A DNA stretch of 37,379 bases from an uncultured bacterium (GTDB taxonomy: Bacteria; T1Sed10-126; CAYPTI01), in NCBI GenBank assembly GCA_964413525.1, contig CAYPTI010000004.1, forward strand, positions 1 to 37,379. The letters are read 5' to 3'. Below are positions 31,543-37,379 of this stretch, in pieces; positions within the stretch are counted from its first letter, which is position 1, and each line of letters begins with the position of its first letter. The notes under the pieces are model-generated. The model ran no database searches and was not told the origin of the DNA. It saw nothing but the letters and a program-made list of their open reading frames with translations. The position numbers and the translations under genes are program-made.

Positions 31543-34500
31543 TCAACGATTCGATTCAGTCTGGGTATCCCGTTCCACCGTTACGTTCACGTCCCGTTCA
31601 ATCTCTCCGTTATCGCTTGTATCAGACTCCAGTCCCTCCTCGACGTTGGCGGCCGTCCGGGGAGTAATGTCTTCCCCGTCGTTCGCCGAGGACGCCTCGG
31701 CACGGTCACCGGAGGGATCGTAGTTCTCGCCCGACGGGACGGTTTCGGCCTGCGTTCGCGATTCACCGGAATCCAGAACCATGACTTCCTGCAACACCGA
31801 ATCGATGTAATCGGAATCTACGCCCCGGTCGATCAGAAGGTTCCGGACCACGTCAAAGTCCTCAAACCGAATTCTCAAATCTCGCTCGTGAGAGAGGTCG
31901 GTGGCGATTTGAGCGTCAATGTGACGGACCCGGCTAAGCTGCCGGGGAGTGGCCGAGTTCACGGGGATCGACAGTTCGACCCGATCCATGATCTGCTCCA
32001 AAACGAGCGGGTCCACGCCGGGCAACCTGAGCAGATCGCTGAGGCTCGTGAAGGGTCCGGCGTTTCGTCGGTAATCATCGGCCGCCGCCGCCAGCTGCGC
32101 CGGGTCGGAGGCGTCGCTCAGGCTGAACAGCCGCTCCAGTTGTTGGAAGGAATCGGTGTTCACGTTGACCGACAGTCCGCTGCTGAACTGAGCCTCCTCG
32201 CCGATCCGTTCCTCGGCCAGTCGATCGACTTCCTCCGCCTCCTCCATGACGTGGGGGGTGAGAAAGACGACCAGTTCGTTCTGGACAACATCCTCCGAGT
32301 AGCTGCTGAACGCGTGTCCCAGCACAGGGATGTGACGCAGGAAGGGAACCCCGGTTTCCTGGATCTCGACGTCGTCCTGGATCAACCCGCCGACCACGAT
32401 CGTTTGGCCGTCCTCCACGTACAGTTTGGACTGACTGGAGCGACTTTCGGTGGTGAGGGTTTCCTCCTGGGGACTAACGAATATTTCGTTGATGATGTTC
32501 AGGTTCAGCAACACGTCCCGGCTCTTGGTGATGGTAGGAGAAATTTCCAGCACGGTCTCCGCCACCACCTCGGTCAGCGTGGTGGTCACCACTCCTCCTT
32601 CGGAGACTTCCGTCTCCTCGGCGAACCGGGTCTCCTCCAGCCGAATCACGCCCTGCTCATTGTTCAGGGTGGAGATCTGCGGCCGGGCCACGATTTCGCC
32701 GTCAAGGTCTTCTTCCAGGAAGTCAAGGATGACCTGGAGGTCCTCCTGCTGGAAAAGACCGGTGAAGACTCGATCCGCAAACTGCGGGAGCGCAGGATCC
32801 GCTGATACGTCGGGACCGCCGGGGCTAGGACCGGTGGGGGGATCCGAACCAAACTCAACCCGCAAGTCCTCATTCAGGTAGTTCCAGAAGGGGTTGAACT
32901 CGAATCCCTCCTCCAGGTCATATTCGGCCAGTACCCCTTCGACGTAGACCTGCTTGGCCCGGACGTCAAATTGCTTGATCAGGTCCCTCACCATCGACCG
33001 GTTGTTCCTCGGCGTGGCAAACACCACCCGGTTCAGGTCCGGATCGGCGGTGAGTGAGACGTTAATGTTCAGATCCTCCACCACCTCGGACGTCCGGGTG
33101 ACGAGATCCTCGGGCCCGTCGGTCGGACCTTCCGGCGACGGAAGGGCTCCGCGTTCGGCGTCGTCGTCCAGCAGGCCCGAGATCACGTCAACCACGTCGT
33201 GGGCTCTCCGATAGTTCAACTCCACGTGACCGATCGTGTACCCCGACTTATCAATTTGCTCCAGAAATTGCCGGGTCTCGTCCTGACGGTTTGAAGGCAC
33301 CAGGAGGGAAATCCGGTCGGGGGTGACGTGAAGCAAAGTCGCGTACTGGAGTTCGTCCAGCTGGTCCTCAAGATCCTCGGCGTCCAGGTTGGTCGGAAAA
33401 TACGTGATGACGGAATGATCGAAAAAGGCGTTGCTGTCGAGTTTTTGAATGATCTCGCGCAGCATCGACGCATCGGAGGGCTGCAGGGAAAAGACCGCCC
33501 GCAGTTCGTCCGAGTATACGACACGGGGAAGAGCCCGTTCCCGTTCGAGGGTGTCGTCGATGTTCTGGAAGTACTCCTCCAGTTCGCCGACCAGGGTGGA
33601 CACGTCCACGAACTGGGGGGAGTACACCACGATCTCCCGACCCGACTGATCGATCTCGGTGGAGTCGAGCCGGGACATGATCTCGCGGAACTCGTCGATT
33701 TCCTCTTTCGTCGACGAACGCAGGAGCAGAAGGTTCCGTTCCGGGATCGCCGTCTCCACGTCCACGCCCGGGAACCGTCCGACAAACGAGTTGACCCGTT
33801 CCACGCCGAGAACCTGGGCCGGATACCACTCCCAGTAGTAGTCCTCCAGCTCAACGTAGGAGTCCTCGATCTCCTGGATGATCTCCCGGGCGAAGGAACG
33901 GAAGTTGCTGGGACCGATCAGCATGATCGTGTCGGTTTCTTCAAGGATGATGGCATTCATCTGGGTAACCACTTCTTCGAGGTTGGCGGCATCGGTTCCT
34001 TCGGTCTCTTCCTGGGGAGCAAAGAAGAAGACTTCCTCAGTCTCATCAACGTCCTCCGCCACCCCGATGATCTGGTTGAGCTTCTCCAGCACCACCGACG
34101 GATCGGCTCGTTCGATTTCAATCAGGTCATACGAGAAACTTGAGAGATCGGACGAATCGATCTGGTTCAGCTGGTTGAGGGCCGACTCAAGGGCCTCCTG
34201 TTCCGGGGACGATAGAAGGAAGGCGTCAAGGTATTCAATCGTGCTGAACGTCTGGACGTTGCCCATCCGGTTGATCAGCGATTGGGTTTGTTCAAACGGA
34301 ATGTTTTCCGCCTGATACCACTCAAACTTCTGCCGGTCCATGTAATCGAGGCCCATCTCCTGAATCCGTTCGATCATGGCTTCGGCCGTGTCCAGAAGGT
34401 CGGGAGACCCGAAGATCAGAATTTGCTGCAGTTCGGGGATGGCGATGATCTGCCCTCGTTCAAGGAGCTGTTCAATATTGACCTGCCGTTCCTCCTGGAT

Positions 34501-36840
34501 GATCTGACGGATTTCGTCCGGGTCGGGGTCGGTAAATGTGAGATCCCCGATATTCACGCCGGTGGTAATGTCCATCCCCAGGATTCGGTTCACCTGGGCG
34601 GCGATCTGTTCGGCGTCGAAGCCCTCCATGTCAATAAACCGGAAGTTCTCCTGCAGCCGGCCCGGCTGATCCATGATCTCCACCAGCTCGACCACTCGTT
34701 CGACCATCGCGGTTTCTCCGTACACAACGATCTCATTGGTCCGGGGGTGGCTGATAATTCGTCCTTGTTCCCCGAGGGGAAGATCCGACCGCAGACGGTC
34801 CGCGAGATCGTCGTTGTTGATCGAAAGAGCCTCGTGCTCGAGTTCAATAACCCGGTATTCAAACCCCTCGTACACCCCCCGCTGGATGGCTTCCTCCCGA
34901 GCGACCACCGTAACGACGTCCTCGTCCATGACCCTCGCAAATCCCTGGGTTTCCAGGATGGTGTCCATGGCCCGAAGCGGCGTGACGTCCTCGAGGTGAA
35001 CGGTGACCGAGCGCTGTTCGTCATCGGCCTCCAATTCCTGAAGGACCAGGTTGATGTTGGAAATCTCCGCCAGGGTTCGAAGAACGTCCGAAAGGGGCGC
35101 GTCCTGAAGAGAGACGCTGATGACGTTCGGCCGGCCGAAGATCGTGAAGGTGGTGGAGGGTTCGCCCTCGATTTCCAGCAGGGACGCCCGAACCTCGTTG
35201 ACCTCCCGATCCGGGGCAATTCGGTAGACATCCACTTCCACCCGACCGTCGTCGTTTGTTTCCTGGCGCCGGCTGAGGCCCGGCTGGACCTCGTTTACGT
35301 CCAGAAAAGCGCCCCGGGTCAGAGATTTAAAGGTGACCATGACGTCGGGGACCGGGTTCCCGAACCGGTCCTGAACTTCAACCATCATTGGATTCGGAGG
35401 CCGCTCGCCGAACAGGGTCTCCTGCCGATCTCCGGCGACCGTCTGGATGTCAACCGGTTCGGCCGCCTCTACCTCCAGCCGGTAGTTCACCAGGAGATCG
35501 TATTCTTCCACGGAAGCGACGATTTCAACCGGTCCGGAGGTTTCCTTCGATCGGGCATGGAACCGAACGCGACCGTCTTCATCGGTTCGTAACTCCAGCG
35601 ATTCCCCCTGAAATTCATCCGGCGATTCACCCAGTTCTACGTCTCCATGACGAACGGAAACCTCCACCCGTTCGTCGTCCAGCGGTTCCCCGTCCTCGTC
35701 CACGAATTCGGCGATCATGGGATCGGAGGTCTCCCGGGGGATCCCGAGCGACTGACCATGGCCTTCGACCCGCTGAAGCTGGTAATACAGATCGGGGTGA
35801 ACCTGCCGGAAGATGTCCTCAATCTCCGGATCCTCGTCCGCCCCGGGGAAGATCTCCTCCACGTCGAAGATGTCGATAACGACACGATTACCCGGGGTGT
35901 CACGGTAAATTTGAAAATTGTCATGCCACTGTTCCAGGTCCAGGACCACGCGGGTCGTATTAATGGGATCCACCCGGTACTGACTGTGGCGCACCCGGAT
36001 GACGTCCTTCAGCTCGATGGGAAGGGGGGGGTCGGGAAGAGCATTGAGGGCGTTCGGGATGTCAATTACCAGCATGGCCGGATCAAAAATTTCCGACACC
36101 ACGTAATCAAGGGAGCGCGATCCCCGGATCGAGATCCGGACTCGGTCGGGATACTCCCGGGCTTCCACTCCGTACACGGCTCGGGTCCGACCCTCCGGTT
36201 GATCGTAATCCGTCCGAACATGACGAATTACTTCGGAGGGTTCGGCCTGGATCTCAGGGGGTTCCTTCGGCGCTTCCTGATCGTCCACGGTCGCGAACGG
36301 AGAATCCGGACGAACCTCCGCCGGATTCTGGACGGACCCCAATTGAATGTCGTTGGGATCCTCCCGATCCGCCAGCTCCCCAAGCTCCTCTTCGGCTTCT
36401 TCAGCCGCCTCATCCTCGGGAAGGTCAACCAGCTCCTCAAGGGTCTCACGAAGCTGTTGAGCCTGGGTATGGTCGGGATCCTCATCCAGAGCCCGACGAA
36501 CCCGATCGAGAGCCAGATCGTATTCTTCGTCAATAAAGTGGTTGACTGCCTCGGAGTAAAAAACCTCGGCCGAAGTCCCTTCCTGGGCTTGTTGCGTTTC
36601 CTGCGCCTGAATGGCCGTTGGATGGAAAAAGAACGTTAAACAGAACAAACTCGCGAGTAGCCCCACGAGCAAAAACAGGGACGAATATGAACCCCCGGGC
36701 GTTGTACGGTGGAATAATACCAATCCGATGGCTCCCTTCGGCTTCGTCAATGGTGCCTTCACCGATACGGAATCAGCCCCGGTGGAGGCGTGTTTCCCGG
36801 CCGCTTGTGCGGCTCGTGTGGTCATCACAATTGTCGCCAT
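31543..36840 (-). CDS. pilQ: giant type IV pilus / competence secretin (PilQ-like) with TPR-like, AMIN, Ig-like, STN/N0 and about 8 ring domains, a secretin core and C-terminal ComEA-like HhH modules
   Basis: 1765-aa ORF. Hydrophobic signal-like segment LFLLVGLLASLFCLTFFF..AIQAQ. AMIN-like: RVRISIRGSRSLDYVVSEIFDPAMLVIDIPNA...TRVVLDL. Two Big_1-like beta domains: MMVEVQDRFGNPVPDVMVTFK...DDGRVEVDV. N0/STN: ISVSLQDAPLSDVLRTLAEISNINLVL. Repeated Secretin_N-like units: ...PRTNEIVVYGE...VELVEIMD. Secretin core: IVARPQISTLNNEQGVI...GQTIVVGGLIQDDVEIQETGVPFLRHIPVLGHAF...ELVVFLTPHVM. Start uncertain: a TTG at codon 40 behind AAGGGAG is an alternative. Confidence 0.85.
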   Translation of the reverse strand: MATIVMTTRAAQAAGKHASTGADSVSVKAPLTKPKGAIGLVLFHRTTPGGSYSSLFLLVGLLASLFCLTFFFHPTAIQAQETQQAQEGTSAEVFYSEAVNHFIDEEYDLALDRVRRALDEDPDHTQAQQLRETLEELVDLPEDEAAEEAEEELGELADREDPNDIQLGSVQNPAEVRPDSPFATVDDQEAPKEPPEIQAEPSEVIRHVRTDYDQPEGRTRAVYGVEAREYPDRVRISIRGSRSLDYVVSEIFDPAMLVIDIPNALNALPDPPLPIELKDVIRVRHSQYRVDPINTTRVVLDLEQWHDNFQIYRDTPGNRVVIDIFDVEEIFPGADEDPEIEDIFRQVHPDLYYQLQRVEGHGQSLGIPRETSDPMIAEFVDEDGEPLDDERVEVSVRHGDVELGESPDEFQGESLELRTDEDGRVRFHARSKETSGPVEIVASVEEYDLLVNYRLEVEAAEPVDIQTVAGDRQETLFGERPPNPMMVEVQDRFGNPVPDVMVTFKSLTRGAFLDVNEVQPGLSRRQETNDDGRVEVDVYRIAPDREVNEVRASLLEIEGEPSTTFTIFGRPNVISVSLQDAPLSDVLRTLAEISNINLVLQELEADDEQRSVTVHLEDVTPLRAMDTILETQGFARVMDEDVVTVVAREEAIQRGVYEGFEYRVIELEHEALSINNDDLADRLRSDLPLGEQGRIISHPRTNEIVVYGETAMVERVVELVEIMDQPGRLQENFRFIDMEGFDAEQIAAQVNRILGMDITTGVNIGDLTFTDPDPDEIRQIIQEERQVNIEQLLERGQIIAIPELQQILIFGSPDLLDTAEAMIERIQEMGLDYMDRQKFEWYQAENIPFEQTQSLINRMGNVQTFSTIEYLDAFLLSSPEQEALESALNQLNQIDSSDLSSFSYDLIEIERADPSVVLEKLNQIIGVAEDVDETEEVFFFAPQEETEGTDAANLEEVVTQMNAIILEETDTIMLIGPSNFRSFAREIIQEIEDSYVELEDYYWEWYPAQVLGVERVNSFVGRFPGVDVETAIPERNLLLLRSSTKEEIDEFREIMSRLDSTEIDQSGREIVVYSPQFVDVSTLVGELEEYFQNIDDTLERERALPRVVYSDELRAVFSLQPSDASMLREIIQKLDSNAFFDHSVITYFPTNLDAEDLEDQLDELQYATLLHVTPDRISLLVPSNRQDETRQFLEQIDKSGYTIGHVELNYRRAHDVVDVISGLLDDDAERGALPSPEGPTDGPEDLVTRTSEVVEDLNINVSLTADPDLNRVVFATPRNNRSMVRDLIKQFDVRAKQVYVEGVLAEYDLEEGFEFNPFWNYLNEDLRVEFGSDPPTGPSPGGPDVSADPALPQFADRVFTGLFQQEDLQVILDFLEEDLDGEIVARPQISTLNNEQGVIRLEETRFAEETEVSEGGVVTTTLTEVVAETVLEISPTITKSRDVLLNLNIINEIFVSPQEETLTTESRSSQSKLYVEDGQTIVVGGLIQDDVEIQETGVPFLRHIPVLGHAFSSYSEDVVQNELVVFLTPHVMEEAEEVDRLAEERIGEEAQFSSGLSVNVNTDSFQQLERLFSLSDASDPAQLAAAADDYRRNAGPFTSLSDLLRLPGVDPLVLEQIMDRVELSIPVNSATPRQLSRVRHIDAQIATDLSHERDLRIRFEDFDVVRNLLIDRGVDSDYIDSVLQEVMVLDSGESRTQAETVPSGENYDPSGDRAEASSANDGEDITPRTAANVEEGLESDTSDNGEIERDVNVTVERDTQTESNR

Positions 36841-37155
36841 TCCAGTTGTTTGGCTGGTCCATCATGAATCGGTCTTCAAATTGAAGGGGTTTCATCATAA
36901 TCTCTGCACCTGATTAGATCGAGACCCCTCCGTGGCAATGTCCGTGTGAACATCCTGACTAAAAATAGAGAAGTTTGACAAAAAACACAATACACGCTCC
37001 AAATTCGAGAATCTTTTCAGTTGACCACCCCGCCTCGACCCGTTTCGGTTTCCGAACAGGCAGGGGAGGAAAACGTCCGGAAGAACCGATCACGGGGTTC
37101 CCGTTGCTTGCGGACGGGAGGTGAATGGGGAAGGCTCGGGTTTAAGTCCAATCAA

Positions 37156-37379
37156 CTACTGAAGTCGAATTCCTTCCTCGATCCGTTGCCGAACCCGATC
37201 GGTCTGGAATTGAAACAACGTTGTCTTGTAATCCGGGTGCGACAGCCAGACCCCGGTGTCACTGATGGTTTCGGCCCGGATGTCGGATTCTCCAACGAAT
37301 TCTCCCACCCCGACCCGATAGGTTTCCCCCGAGGATTCTTCCCGGACCAGAGCCTGGCGGACGTCCTCGGCCCCGAAGA
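37156..37379 (-). CDS. PilP-like pilus assembly protein, C-terminal fragment; the gene starts beyond the right edge
   Basis: Open minus-strand frame entering from the right edge, ending at TAG 37156-37158. ...ALVREESSGETYRVGVGEFVGESDIRAETISDTGVWLSHPDYKTTLFQFQ resembles the PilP C-terminal beta-domain pattern (..ALV....G..hRV.vGdylG...g.V..I....i.l). It sits immediately upstream of the secretin, as in pilMNOPQ operons. Confidence 0.5.
   Translation of the reverse strand, partial: FGAEDVRQALVREESSGETYRVGVGEFVGESDIRAETISDTGVWLSHPDYKTTLFQFQTDRVRQRIEEGIRLQ

Noticed and set aside
1-37379. CRISPR arrays, IS elements, integrases, prophage genes, toxin-antitoxin pairs and rRNA/tRNA genes.
   Set aside because: I saw no regularly spaced direct repeats, no transposase, integrase or recombinase-like ORFs, and no terminal inverted repeats. 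All large ORFs are accounted for by the genes listed.

Overview
GC-rich bacterial chromosomal segment. Gene content is diderm-type, and the predicted proteins are strikingly acidic, which suggests a halophile. I infer 34 protein-coding genes, 33 of them on the minus strand. Many are joined by 1-8 nt start/stop overlaps, and many use GTG or TTG starts.

The left ~20 kb is housekeeping:
- a PurM-like gene fragment, a stand-alone ComEC-type MBL hydrolase and an esterase;
- an SPFH/NfeD pair;
- trpE-G-D-F-B-A with no trpC, plus hisIE;
- a sulfur-relay / tRNA-thiolation block (cysE, nucleotidyltransferase, cysteine desulfurase, mnmA, unknown Rossmann-like protein, tusA-like);
- murA, prmC, prfA and rpmE.

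The right ~17 kb (20.7-37.4 kb) is a co-directional DNA-uptake supercluster, in this order:
- a pilP-like fragment;
- a giant 1765-aa PilQ-type secretin with AMIN, Ig-like and about eight ring domains, plus C-terminal ComEA-like HhH modules;
- a Cache/GAF membrane sensor with no output domain;
- ndk and a 64-aa TM protein;
- a 1004-aa ComEC whose MBL domain has lost its metal ligands;
- comEA and a second dead MBL paralogue;
- a tightly coupled four-gene cassette: acidic lipoprotein, GYF_2-like protein, TM-anchored PD-(D/E)XK nuclease and a divergent UvrD-like helicase.

That cassette, in this context, is my best candidate for an undescribed system. It could be a membrane-tethered processor of incoming DNA or a barrier against it.

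Other notable points:
- prfA appears to start at a CTG overlapping the rpmE stop.
- A ~90-nt element is repeated in two intergenic regions.
- A cluster of GAAC/GTTC half-sites sits on the comEA start.

I recognised no rRNA, tRNA, CRISPR array, transposase or integrase. All functional calls come from reading motifs in the translated ORFs. No database search or computation was possible.
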